Below, piece after piece: positions 31,777 through 40,778 of a stretch of DNA of 64,000 bases; positions within the stretch are counted from its first letter, which is position 1, and the number at the start of each line of letters is the position of its first letter. Position numbers and translations under genes: made by a program. The notes under the pieces are model-generated. The model saw nothing but the letters and a program-made list of their open reading frames with translations. It made no database searches and had not been told where the DNA came from. This DNA is from Candidatus Omnitrophota bacterium. Lineage in GTDB: Bacteria; Omnitrophota; Omnitrophia; Omnitrophales; Aquincolibacteriaceae. Where the stretch lies: positions 1 to 64,000 of the forward strand of contig JAZDJU010000103.1 in the NCBI GenBank assembly GCA_043803685.1, written 5' to 3'.

Positions 31777-32376
31777 ATGGAAACGAAGGCGAACGTGGTG
31801 GCCAAGCCCATAACACATAATCGCGCCTATAAACGCCAGGCGAAAAATCTCTTCATCCACCGGCCGATGCAGCGGGAGTTCTCGTTCATGCTGATCGCCC
31901 TTTTCATGGTGGCTTCGGCGGCGGTGGCCTGGGTCATTCACCAGACCATTCGCGATGCGGCTTTCGGGGGGGCCTTCACTTTTGGGAAGATCAATCCCTC
32001 GGAGATCCTCTATGACGTGAGTTATTCGATCATTATTCGCGTCACTCTGGTGCTGGTTCTGACGCTTGTGATCATCGGGGCTTACGGCGTTGTTTTTCTC
32101 CACCGGGTCGCCGGTCCTGTTTTTCGTTTTCGCCAGACCTTGCTTCGGGTCAATCGCGGGGAGATGCCTCAGGATATCAAGCTTCGCGAGGGGGACTTCT
32201 TTCATGACATGGCTCATGATATTAATATTATCCTGAAACGCTTTCGCACAGAGCAGGAAAAGATCTCCGAACTCAAAATGAAAATGAGCGATCTTCAGAA
32301 AATCCCTCAGACGGATGACGTTCGAAACAAGACTGAGGAAATGAAAGAAGTCATCGATTCTCTCTCGAAGATCTGA
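31777..32376 (+). CDS. Small 2-TM membrane protein with HAMP-like segment
   Basis: Two TMs, then HRVAGPVFRF...LREGD..DMA..IN; AAGGAG RBS. Confidence 0.65.
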   Translation: METKANVVAKPITHNRAYKRQAKNLFIHRPMQREFSFMLIALFMVASAAVAWVIHQTIRDAAFGGAFTFGKINPSEILYDVSYSIIIRVTLVLVLTLVIIGAYGVVFLHRVAGPVFRFRQTLLRVNRGEMPQDIKLREGDFFHDMAHDINIILKRFRTEQEKISELKMKMSDLQKIPQTDDVRNKTEEMKEVIDSLSKI

Positions 32377-32597
32377 CGGAGGGTGCTGCAAACTGTGGCG
32401 CTGTAAGGGATTGCCCTTTTTAAGGCCGTGATCTTCCTGGGTGTTTTAAACAAATCCTTCCGAAGTTTCCATTTATGAAAAAATTTTAATGAGGCGAATT
32501 TTATTTTTTGAGCCTCTTGTCTTTAGCTTTTTAAAAGAGTATACTTCGTTTCGACCCTCGCCAATCAGTATCATTTCACGAAAGGAGTAACACGAAA

Positions 32598-33203
32598 ATG
32601 AAGAAGTTTAACATCAGTTTAGCGTTGACGCTCGTTGCGTTGATGGTGTGTGCTTTTGGAGTGGTTGCGTACGCGGCTCCCGCAGCGAATGAGCTTGTGA
32701 TCGCGGATTTTGACACCGGAGATAAGCCCAATAACATCGGGGGCGACTTCGGCGCTTGGGACAAGGATCCGAACGACGAGACCCAGGGAACCCAGATGTC
32801 CTTCGATACGGACGACAGCCGGGGCGATGCTTCCGGCTATTCGTGCCGTCTTGATTACGACGTGGATTCTCCGAATCCGGCTTACAATGGTTTCTGGATG
32901 AAGTTGAATGGCGAGGATGCAACGGCTTACAACACCCTGACTTTCTACGTGAAGGGTGATGCCAAGCTGGGTTACACGAAGCGTTTCAAGATCGAGCTCA
33001 AGGACATGACGAACAAGCCTTCCGCTTATATCGTGAGCGGCGTCACGGACAAGTGGCAGAAGATCTCGATCCCGTTCGAAAAGTTCCGTCGTATCGAGAA
33101 CTGGAACTCTCTGAACGAGCTCGTGTTCGTTTTCGACGATATCAACTCCAGCCCGAAGACCGGCGGAATCTTGCTCGACCAGATCACCTTCGCGAAGGAA
33201 TAA
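32598..33203 (+). CDS. Exported CBM11/CIA30-like carbohydrate-binding protein
   Basis: Signal peptide; IADFD, YNTLTFYVKG, IELKD, WQKISIPF and LDQITF (galactose-binding-like fold motifs). Confidence 0.7.
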   Translation: MKKFNISLALTLVALMVCAFGVVAYAAPAANELVIADFDTGDKPNNIGGDFGAWDKDPNDETQGTQMSFDTDDSRGDASGYSCRLDYDVDSPNPAYNGFWMKLNGEDATAYNTLTFYVKGDAKLGYTKRFKIELKDMTNKPSAYIVSGVTDKWQKISIPFEKFRRIENWNSLNELVFVFDDINSSPKTGGILLDQITFAKE

Positions 33204-33232
33204 TCGCGAAGTTCTGAGTAGCAGTTGTCAGG

Positions 33233-33270
33233 AAACAGCCCCGCTTGAAAAAGCGGGGCTGTTTTTTTTT
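33233..33270 (+). terminator. Intrinsic terminator between convergent genes
   Basis: AAACAGCCCCGCTT-GAAA-AAGCGGGGCTGTTT followed by further Ts. Confidence 0.85.
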
Positions 33271-33333
33271 GTCTTGGTTCGTTTGCTCTCTTGAGGAGGG
33301 CTATGAAGCAATAAGTGCAGGCAGAGCGGGACG

Positions 33334-34611
33334 TTAAGACGGTCTTTCCAGAATGAGGGCGGTGCCTTGGCCGCCTCCCACGCAAGCTGAAACAAGTCCC
33401 CGGCGCAGTCCGCGCCGCTTCATTTCCTTCAGGCAGGTGAGGATGAGTCGCGCGCCGCTGGTTCCGACCGGGTGACCGAGGGCGATCGCGCCGCCGTTCA
33501 CGTTCAAACGATCCGCCGGGATCTCGCCCACAGGACGGCCTGAAGGGAAGTGTTTTTGGGCGAATTGGGGGCACGCCAGCGCCCGGAGACATGCCAGGAC
33601 CTGGGCCGCGAACGCTTCGTTGATCTCGAACAGGTCGATATCCTTAAGCGTCATGGAATTTCTTCTCAAGAGCTGCTCGATCGCGAATACGGGACCGAGC
33701 CCCATGCGCGCTGGTTCCAGGCCCACGGAAATGTAGTCACCCAAGGTCCCGAGGACTTCGTAATCCTGGGCTTTGGCTTTTTCCTCGGACATCAAAAGGA
33801 GCGCGCAAGCGCCGTCGGTGATCTGTGAGGCATTGCCGGCTGTGATGGTTCCATTTTTGAAGAGCGGCTTGAGTTTTGCGAGAGCTTCGAAGGACTGATC
33901 TTCGCGGACACCGTTATCATCGCGGACACGGGTGGGGTGACCGGAAGGGCTGAAAACATCCAGGGTCTCCGCGCGCAGTTTCTCCCGCGCAGCTGTCGCG
34001 CGCCGGTGGCTCTCGAGGGCGAACCGGTCCTGCTCTTCGCGCGTAATGCCGAAGTCCTTGGCGAGGGTCTCAGCCGTTTGCCCCATGTTCATACCGCATA
34101 CCGGATCGGTCAGTCCCAGCAGGAGGGAGGAAACAGGCGCGAAATGGCCCGGTCGCATGTGCGCCAGGATCGCGAGTTTCTTCCAGAAAGTCTTCGACTT
34201 GGAAAGCTTCAGAAAAAGTGTCGCGGTCTCTTTTTTGAAAAGCATCGGCATGTTCGACATGGATTCGGTGCCCCCGGCGACCACGATCTCGTCCACGCCA
34301 CATTGGATCTTCTCTGCCGCGCTCGTGATCGCTTCAAATCCCGAAGCGCAGTTGCGGCTCACGGTGCAGGCCCGTTTGTCATGGGGAAGACCGGCCAGAA
34401 GGCTGATCACACGTGCTACGTTCGCCGCTTCCGCGGGCTGTCCGACGCATCCCATCACCACTTCGTCGACTAAGGGGCTGTCGAGGCCGGTCCTTTTCAG
34501 GAGTTCGGTAACGCACAGGGCGCCGAGCTGTTGGGCGGGGATGTTATCAAAAGCACTCCAGGCTTTCACAAAAGGCGTCCGGACGCCGTCCACGATCGCG
34601 ATCTTTTTCAT
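33334..34611 (-). CDS. Thiolase (acetyl-CoA C-acyltransferase, FadI/FadA-like)
   Basis: RTPF, NCASG, GGTESMS, NEAFA, GHPVGTSG and CVGGGQG motifs. Confidence 0.93.
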   Translation of the reverse strand: MKKIAIVDGVRTPFVKAWSAFDNIPAQQLGALCVTELLKRTGLDSPLVDEVVMGCVGQPAEAANVARVISLLAGLPHDKRACTVSRNCASGFEAITSAAEKIQCGVDEIVVAGGTESMSNMPMLFKKETATLFLKLSKSKTFWKKLAILAHMRPGHFAPVSSLLLGLTDPVCGMNMGQTAETLAKDFGITREEQDRFALESHRRATAAREKLRAETLDVFSPSGHPTRVRDDNGVREDQSFEALAKLKPLFKNGTITAGNASQITDGACALLLMSEEKAKAQDYEVLGTLGDYISVGLEPARMGLGPVFAIEQLLRRNSMTLKDIDLFEINEAFAAQVLACLRALACPQFAQKHFPSGRPVGEIPADRLNVNGGAIALGHPVGTSGARLILTCLKEMKRRGLRRGLVSACVGGGQGTALILERPS

Positions 34612-34802
34612 CAGTTGCTCCTCTAGTACTGTTCCCACTGAATAACGGCATTTCCCCACGAATTATAATCCACGAGCGAGTGAGAAACTCGTTTTTTCTC
34701 TGGGAAAAATGCCGCGACCGGGATATCCCGGCGAAATGGGGTTGGGAGTTAAAAGAGGCCGTTTTCGGCCGATAATCCTACAGAGTTTTAACCCGGAGGG
34801 GT

Positions 34803-36374
34803 TTGATGGAAAAGCATGATGGCATTTATACCGTAAGCGCGAGCCGTGTATTGCCCGCCAAGCGATGGCAGGTCCTGCGCCTCCTCACGCGCGTTCAGGA
34901 ATTCCCGAAGTTCATGCCCAATGTCAAAGAGTGCCATGTCCTCAGCCACACCCGCGTCAAGGTCGTGACGGCGTGGAAGGTGGAGATGGGTCACATTCCG
35001 ATCTCCTGGAAGGAAGAAGAGATCTTCGATTTTCACCATTTCATCATCCATTTCAAAGCAGTGGAAGGGGATCTTGAGGTCTTCGAAGGGGAATGGCATC
35101 TCACGGAGCATCCGAGCGGCGGGACCGAGGTCCGGATCGATGCGCGGGTGTGTCTCGGGATCCCGCTCCTTGAAACGATCATCGGCGGGGTCCTGGCGGA
35201 CCGCGTGAAAAAGAATTTTGAAGCCATGCTCCTGGCCTTTGACGGCCTCTTGACCGAACGCCGTTATCAAAAGATCGGCGACCGGCGCGTGAGTGACGTC
35301 CGCGGCTTTGGGGTGATCGGCCATCCCTACAACATGAACCATCTGATCAAATATTTCCAGTCGTTCAAACCCGACATGAAAGTCCCGTCCGAGGAGTTCC
35401 TGGCGAAGGTGTTCGACCTCGTGCCCTCCTACGTTTCCTACGATGTGAAGGAATTTCGCGGCTCAAGCGGCAAAACGACCCGCGGCGCGTTCATCGCCTG
35501 CAACATTATTCCCGACCTTCTCGCCAAAGATATGCAGAAGGGCGTGATGAAGGTTGTGGAATCCTGTAAAGTGGCGGAGAAGCTTGGCCTCGGCATCGTG
35601 GCACTCGGAGGTTTCACTTCGATCGCCGGCGAAACATACGGGGAGGAGTTCAGGAAATTGATCCACGTTCCGGTCACGACGGGAAATACCCTGACCGCGG
35701 CACTAGCCATCGAAGGTGTTCTGAAAGCCGCGCGTCTCCGGGAGTTGGATCTTTCGAGGTCCAAGGTCACAGTGATCGGCGGGGCGGGGGATATCGGCAG
35801 CGCTTGTGCTCGGGCTTTGGTAGACAAGGTGAGCGACATCGTCATCACAAGCCGGAGCGTTGAGAACCTGGAGCATATGCGGAAATCGCTCGCGATGTTC
35901 GGAAAGGCGAAGTTCCACGGCATTCATGACAATAACGAAGCTGTCCGTGACGCGGATATCGTGATCGCGGCGGCGAGCGTCTCCCGTTCGATCCTCGATA
36001 TCGCGAGTTTCAAACCCGGTGCCATTATTTGCGACATTGGATACCCCAAGAACATCTCTTACCGGGAATGCGACCGCCAGGACATCCTGATCTTTTCGGG
36101 AGGGATCTGTTCTCTGCCGCAGGAATTCAACGCGGGATTCGATATCGGTCTGCCGTCCTCGAAAGTTCTCTACGGCTGCTTTTCGGAGGCGATCGTCCTG
36201 GCGCTCGAGGAACGGTACGTGAACTATTCGTGGGGGAAGGGGAACATCACCCAGGAGAAAATGGCGGAGATCCTCGACCTTGCCCGGAAAAACGGATTTG
36301 AGCTCGCTCCCTTTTTCTGGGGCCGCCGCCTCGTGACCGACGAAGAAGTGAAGGCGATCAAAATCAAGACATGA
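34803..36374 (+). CDS. SRPBCC/START domain fused to long-chain acyl-ACP reductase (AAR)-like domain
   Basis: N-terminal ~150 aa cyclase-like (FPKFMPNVKEC, GDLEVFEGEW). C-terminal motifs match cyanobacterial AAR: FGVIGH, ALGGFTSI, TTGNT, GGAGDIGSA, DIGYPKN, GCFSEA, NYSWGKGNIT.EKM. Confidence 0.8.
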   Translation: MMEKHDGIYTVSASRVLPAKRWQVLRLLTRVQEFPKFMPNVKECHVLSHTRVKVVTAWKVEMGHIPISWKEEEIFDFHHFIIHFKAVEGDLEVFEGEWHLTEHPSGGTEVRIDARVCLGIPLLETIIGGVLADRVKKNFEAMLLAFDGLLTERRYQKIGDRRVSDVRGFGVIGHPYNMNHLIKYFQSFKPDMKVPSEEFLAKVFDLVPSYVSYDVKEFRGSSGKTTRGAFIACNIIPDLLAKDMQKGVMKVVESCKVAEKLGLGIVALGGFTSIAGETYGEEFRKLIHVPVTTGNTLTAALAIEGVLKAARLRELDLSRSKVTVIGGAGDIGSACARALVDKVSDIVITSRSVENLEHMRKSLAMFGKAKFHGIHDNNEAVRDADIVIAAASVSRSILDIASFKPGAIICDIGYPKNISYRECDRQDILIFSGGICSLPQEFNAGFDIGLPSSKVLYGCFSEAIVLALEERYVNYSWGKGNITQEKMAEILDLARKNGFELAPFFWGRRLVTDEEVKAIKIKT

Positions 36375-36668
36375 GACTGCAGACCGCTACCAAACCCCAA
36401 TGGTTTGTTACGACTTCGGCAGGAACTCGATGTTCCTTTCCGAGTCGAGACCACAGACCGAGGACACCTGAAAAAAGGCTGTCATTGCGACCTTGCGATT
36501 GTCTTGCGGTAGCAAGACGCAAGGGAAGCAATCTCGTTTCTGAAGCGAAAGATTGCCGCAGTCGTCCGCCACGAATCTCGGCGGACTCCTTCGCAATGAC
36601 GGCGGTTATTAACTCCTCAACGATTGACGAGAACGCTTCGAGTCTCCGGTCTTCGGTCTTCGGTCTCC
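36374..36668. repeat. Composite repeat: inverted heptamer arms (AGACCNC / GNGGTCT), 71-bp hairpin cassette and GTCATTGCG...CGCAATGAC palindrome
   Basis: 36380..36450 matches 50711..50781 (59/71 by manual alignment); 36481..36600 is related to 39117..39208 and 43610..43701. Confidence 0.75.
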
Positions 36669-36678
36669 ACGGGGTTTT

Positions 36679-38904
36679 ATGCCTCAATTAACCCGTGCGT
36701 TTCAATTCAACTGGTATGCCGTACCTGTCTTCGCTGTCGGGATCCTGATGTTCCTGATCGCGCTCTTTATTTTTCTTCAGAACAGGCGCTCCCGCGTCAA
36801 TTTCTCGTTCTTCCTGATCGGGATCTGCGGCCTTTTCTGGTTCCTGGGCGTTGCCGGAACTTATGCCGCGAGCACTCCGGCGTTCGCGCTGGCCTTCTAC
36901 CGGACTGTGACGTTCCTCGGGGTCGCCTTGATCGCGCCCTGCACCCATTATTTTTCCGCGACGTGGCTTGGGCTTTTTGACAAACAAAAAGTCGCGATCC
37001 GGACCGGTTTTTTCTTCGGTGCGGCCTTTTACATCGTGGGCCTTTTTTCTCCGCTCAGTTTTCCGGGCGTCTATCATTACTTCTGGGGTTTTTATCCCAT
37101 CTACGGGCCCCTGAATTACTATTTCTTCGGATTCTTCTTTCTCGTGCTCTTTTGCGCCTTCTATAACTTCTTCAGCGCGCTTTTCAGAGAGCCGAAGGGC
37201 GTGCGCCATACCCAGATCGGGCTGATCACCCTCGGCTTCCTGGTTTCCTTCATGGGCTCGTTCGATTATGTGCCCAAGCTCCTTTACTATTCCGTCTATC
37301 CGATGGGGTTCCTCTGTGTGTTCTTCTGGATCCTGGTCGTGGCGTACGCGATCATCCGCTACAAGGCGATGGATATCGAGACCGTGATCCATAAGACACT
37401 GATGTGGCTGGCTACGATGGTTGCGGCGGTCATTCCTTTCGGAATTCTGGTGTACTGGGCCCAGCACTTTCGGGGGCCGTCGTCCCCTTGGGGTTGCACG
37501 CTCGATAGCGTTATGGTGGCCATTACCTTTTATTTTTATTTCCGGTCCCTGAAGCCCCGGCTCGATCATTTATTCCAGCGTCAGCGGAAGAACCTGCTCG
37601 CGATCATGACGCAGTTCTCGCGGGAGCTTGTGCTCCTGAAGAACCTCCGCGATCTTTTGCAGAGTTTTGCCCGCATGTGTCGCCGCCAGCTCTATGTGCG
37701 CCGCCTCTCGGTCTTCCTGCTGGATGACAAGAACGATGAATACGTTCCGGCCATCGCGAAGGGGCTGCGGAACCTTAAACCCATTCGCAAAGACCATCCG
37801 TTCCTTGTCTGGCTTGAGAAAGAGGACGCGGTCGTGATGGGGAACCTTGTCAGCACCCACCCGGAGGTCGAAGCGTTCAAGGGCGAGGTTGAGGAATTCT
37901 TCCGTGCGACGCAGGGAATGGTCGCGGTGCCGCTGGTGCTGGGAGGGAAACTCATCGGAGTGGTGAGCCTCGGCCGGAAGGCGAACTTGAAGCCCTATCG
38001 TTCCGGGGAAGTCCAGTTCCTCACCGAGCTCAAGATCCCGGTGACGATCGCGTTCTCGAATTCCATGCAGTATGAAAATATCAGCGAGCTTTACACCCAG
38101 GTCCGGGGGATGAGCGAGGAACTCAAGCGCTGGAACGTGGAGCTGGAGAAGCGCGTGGAAGACCGGACGCGGGAACTTGTGAGGACGCAGGAGCAGTTGA
38201 TCCAGGCGGAAAAACTGGCGACTTTGGGAACGCTTGCCGGTGGCGTGGCGCACGAGATCAATAATCCGCTTACGGCGGTATTGACGAACGCGCAGATCCT
38301 CAAGATGACCGCCGACTCCGATACCAAAGAGTCGCTGGACCTGATCGAGGAAGGCGCGAAGCGCTGCCAGGGGATCGTGCAGAAGCTCATGAAATACGCC
38401 CGGAAGACCGCGGAAGAGGCGCCTCACAAGGACGTCGATCTTCGCGAGATCGTGAAGGGGACTTGCTCGCTTCTCGGGTTCCAGTTCCAGCAGGAGAGTA
38501 TTGAGGTCGAGATGAAGCTCGGGGCTGTTCCTCCCGTGAAAGGGATCGCGGGGGAGCTCGATCAAGTCCTCACGAACCTTCTCGTGAACGCCCGCGATGC
38601 CATATTAGCTACAAAAAAAGACGGTCCCTCCGGTCCCAAAGCGCCGAAGGGCAGGATCATCGTTGAGACGCGCGAAGTCTCCGGGGCTGTCGAGCTTGTG
38701 GTGACGGACAACGGCATCGGCATTCCCAAAGAGAACCAGAAAAAGATCTTCGATCCCTTCTTCACCACCAAGGACGTCGGCTCCGGCACCGGCCTTGGTC
38801 TCTCCATTACCTTCGGCATCCTCAAGCGCCACAGCGCCACCATCTCCGTCGCCTCCGAACCTGGGAAGGGAGCAACCTTCGTGGTTAACTTCCCCAAGAA
38901 GTAG
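36679..38904 (+). CDS. Sensor histidine kinase 1: HisKA_7TM-like N-terminus, GAF, HisKA, HATPase
   Basis: Many N-terminal TMs; VPLVLGGKLIGVVSLG (GAF), AHEINNPL, NLLVNA, DNGIG, FFTTK, GTGLGL. Confidence 0.9.
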   Translation: MPQLTRAFQFNWYAVPVFAVGILMFLIALFIFLQNRRSRVNFSFFLIGICGLFWFLGVAGTYAASTPAFALAFYRTVTFLGVALIAPCTHYFSATWLGLFDKQKVAIRTGFFFGAAFYIVGLFSPLSFPGVYHYFWGFYPIYGPLNYYFFGFFFLVLFCAFYNFFSALFREPKGVRHTQIGLITLGFLVSFMGSFDYVPKLLYYSVYPMGFLCVFFWILVVAYAIIRYKAMDIETVIHKTLMWLATMVAAVIPFGILVYWAQHFRGPSSPWGCTLDSVMVAITFYFYFRSLKPRLDHLFQRQRKNLLAIMTQFSRELVLLKNLRDLLQSFARMCRRQLYVRRLSVFLLDDKNDEYVPAIAKGLRNLKPIRKDHPFLVWLEKEDAVVMGNLVSTHPEVEAFKGEVEEFFRATQGMVAVPLVLGGKLIGVVSLGRKANLKPYRSGEVQFLTELKIPVTIAFSNSMQYENISELYTQVRGMSEELKRWNVELEKRVEDRTRELVRTQEQLIQAEKLATLGTLAGGVAHEINNPLTAVLTNAQILKMTADSDTKESLDLIEEGAKRCQGIVQKLMKYARKTAEEAPHKDVDLREIVKGTCSLLGFQFQQESIEVEMKLGAVPPVKGIAGELDQVLTNLLVNARDAILATKKDGPSGPKAPKGRIIVETREVSGAVELVVTDNGIGIPKENQKKIFDPFFTTKDVGSGTGLGLSITFGILKRHSATISVASEPGKGATFVVNFPKK

Positions 38905-38929
38905 CAAGGTATGTCGTAAAATTCTGCCC

Positions 38930-39506
38930 GATCGTGAATGCGTGCCAGGCGGTCAAGCCCAATTCTCCTTCAGATGATTCAAAAGTTAATTGGACTAGCC
39001 CTGGCAACCTTCGATCAAAAGAAAATGGAGGCCAGGACAAGGAAGGCGGTAAGACAGGGGAGATTGTAATAACAGCAACAACGGGAGCCACGAGCCACGG
39101 GACACGTGCCTCGTCTGTCATTGCGAAGGAGTCCGCCGAAGATTTTGGCGGACGACTGCGGCAATCTCAAGACAAGATTGCTTTGTCGTCTTCGCGACTC
39201 GCAATGACGGATGCTAGGTCGAGCCAAGGGACATGTGATGAGGCTTTTTAAAATTCACGTGGCACGTGGCTCGAGGAACGTGTCCCGGTTGTTATCACTA
39301 TCCAGGACACCGGCCCCGGGATTCCCGCCGACAAACTCAAAGACGTCTTCCGTCCTTTTTACACGACCAAAGCCGAAGGCACAGGTCTCGGCCTTTATAT
39401 TACCCAGCAACTCGTCGAAAAGATCCGTGGCCGGATCGAAGTCCATTCCGAGGTTGGCGTCGGCACAACATTCACGGTTTCTTTGTCGGGATCTCTAAGA
39501 CCCTAA
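38930..39506 (+). pseudogene. Orphan HATPase fragment; duplicate of the 3' end of kinase 42323..44002 with an internal TAA
   Basis: 38930..39480 aligns without gaps to 43423..43973; TTA changed to TAA at 39249; no sensor or HisKA part. Confidence 0.88.
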
Positions 39507-39541
39507 GCGGGGGCGTAGAAAAAGCCCAATACGACATACTA

Positions 39542-39563
39542 TATTGTATTATTTAATACAATA
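39542..39563. promoter_or_regulatory. Perfect AT-rich inverted repeat (operator-like)
   Basis: TATTGTATTA-TT-TAATACAATA. Confidence 0.45.
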
Positions 39564-39619
39564 AGATGTATGAATAAATACATTAATATGTATATAAAAA
39601 CGCATCTAATATTGACTTT

Positions 39620-40003
39620 TTGGCGTTTTCGGGGTATCAACAGGCGACGCAATACGGATGGAAGCGGGAGGGGGAAGCGATTCTCTTCGATCTTTATCCC
39701 GGCAAGCGCGTTTATACTACCAAACTTTTGTCGTCTCCGCTGGATCGCGGGAGATGCCGGAAATGGAACGAGTGGAAAAAGATCTTCGTGGGAATTTTGA
39801 ACCCGGAAGATCTTGTGACCTCCAAAATGTTCCGGGGCACAGAAACCGACATTCAGGATTGCCTGTTGCTTTTTGCGAAGGAAAAGATCGATCTGGAAAA
39901 GTTTAAAAAGCGTTACCGGGAAACAGCCCAATACGAGATTAGCGAGGCTAAGGTTTTGAAGAATCTCGAAATCTTGCTTAAGCGGCTTGGAGAGGAAAAA
40001 TAA
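39620..40003 (+). CDS. Probable 5'-truncated nucleotidyltransferase-like (DUF6036-like) protein
   Basis: LNPEDLVTSKMFRGTETDIQD resembles the C-terminal DL..SK..R...D..D motif of this group; N-terminal GG/DxD part not seen. Confidence 0.45.
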   Translation: MAFSGYQQATQYGWKREGEAILFDLYPGKRVYTTKLLSSPLDRGRCRKWNEWKKIFVGILNPEDLVTSKMFRGTETDIQDCLLLFAKEKIDLEKFKKRYRETAQYEISEAKVLKNLEILLKRLGEEK

Positions 40004-40698
40004 TGAAGAAAGCCAACAAAGGTGCATTGCTGGATCAGCTGACTCGCTACGGTTATGTCCTGTCGGCGCCGCAGGATTCTATGAATCCAGAAGAGGTCCT
40101 TAAGGCGCTTCTCGATCAGGAGGATATGAGATTACTCGAGGGATTTCCTGTGGTTCTTGCCCATGCGCTTTCGGGTCACGGAACTCTTCAGTGGGAGGAC
40201 AAAAAATGGTCTCCCGGGAAAGAACTTTTCTCTAAAGTCAAAGAGCGCTGGACTGTTTTAATGGGGTTGAGCCTTCTTTTGTTCCGTCTTTTCGGATTGC
40301 CCAAGCCACTTGAAGATCGCGCCTATCAACTTCTCAAGAAAAGTCCTGACGGAGAAAAAGTCCTCGGAGGTCTCGAAAAGGATTTTTCTGGCTCCGGTGA
40401 AGTCCTGGCTGCGGGGATGAGATTTTCGGCGGAACGACTCAAAAATAGTTTTCGGAATTATGTTTTATTGCAAGACCAGGAGGGGGGGCTGCAGGAACAG
40501 AAAGATTCTCTTGAATTCGAACTGCGCCTTTCCGAGCTCTTTACGCCCCGGCAGAAGGAGTTGCTCGCCAAGCGACTTGACCGGAAACCGTTCTCCAAAA
40601 CCGAACGGGAATATTATTACCGGGTGGTGAAAAAAAGGCTGAAAGCGCTTGCGGACGAGCGGGTCTACCAGATGGCCCGCAAGCTCGTTTTTTCATAG
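40003..40698 (+). CDS. Hypothetical protein with C-terminal HTH-like segment
   Basis: Coupled to the upstream ORF (TAATG); LFTPRQKELL...EYYYRVVKKRL. Confidence 0.55.
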   Translation: MKKANKGALLDQLTRYGYVLSAPQDSMNPEEVLKALLDQEDMRLLEGFPVVLAHALSGHGTLQWEDKKWSPGKELFSKVKERWTVLMGLSLLLFRLFGLPKPLEDRAYQLLKKSPDGEKVLGGLEKDFSGSGEVLAAGMRFSAERLKNSFRNYVLLQDQEGGLQEQKDSLEFELRLSELFTPRQKELLAKRLDRKPFSKTEREYYYRVVKKRLKALADERVYQMARKLVFS

Positions 40699-40778
40699 TT
40701 GCGGGTTTGGCGTAGGGTGGGGTATTGACGGGAAGCTAATGCTATGATAACCTTGGTTATGATAACGGAGGTTACTAT

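Noticed and set aside
36371..36691. 106/107-aa ORFs on both strands
   Set aside because: They are translations of the composite palindromic repeat
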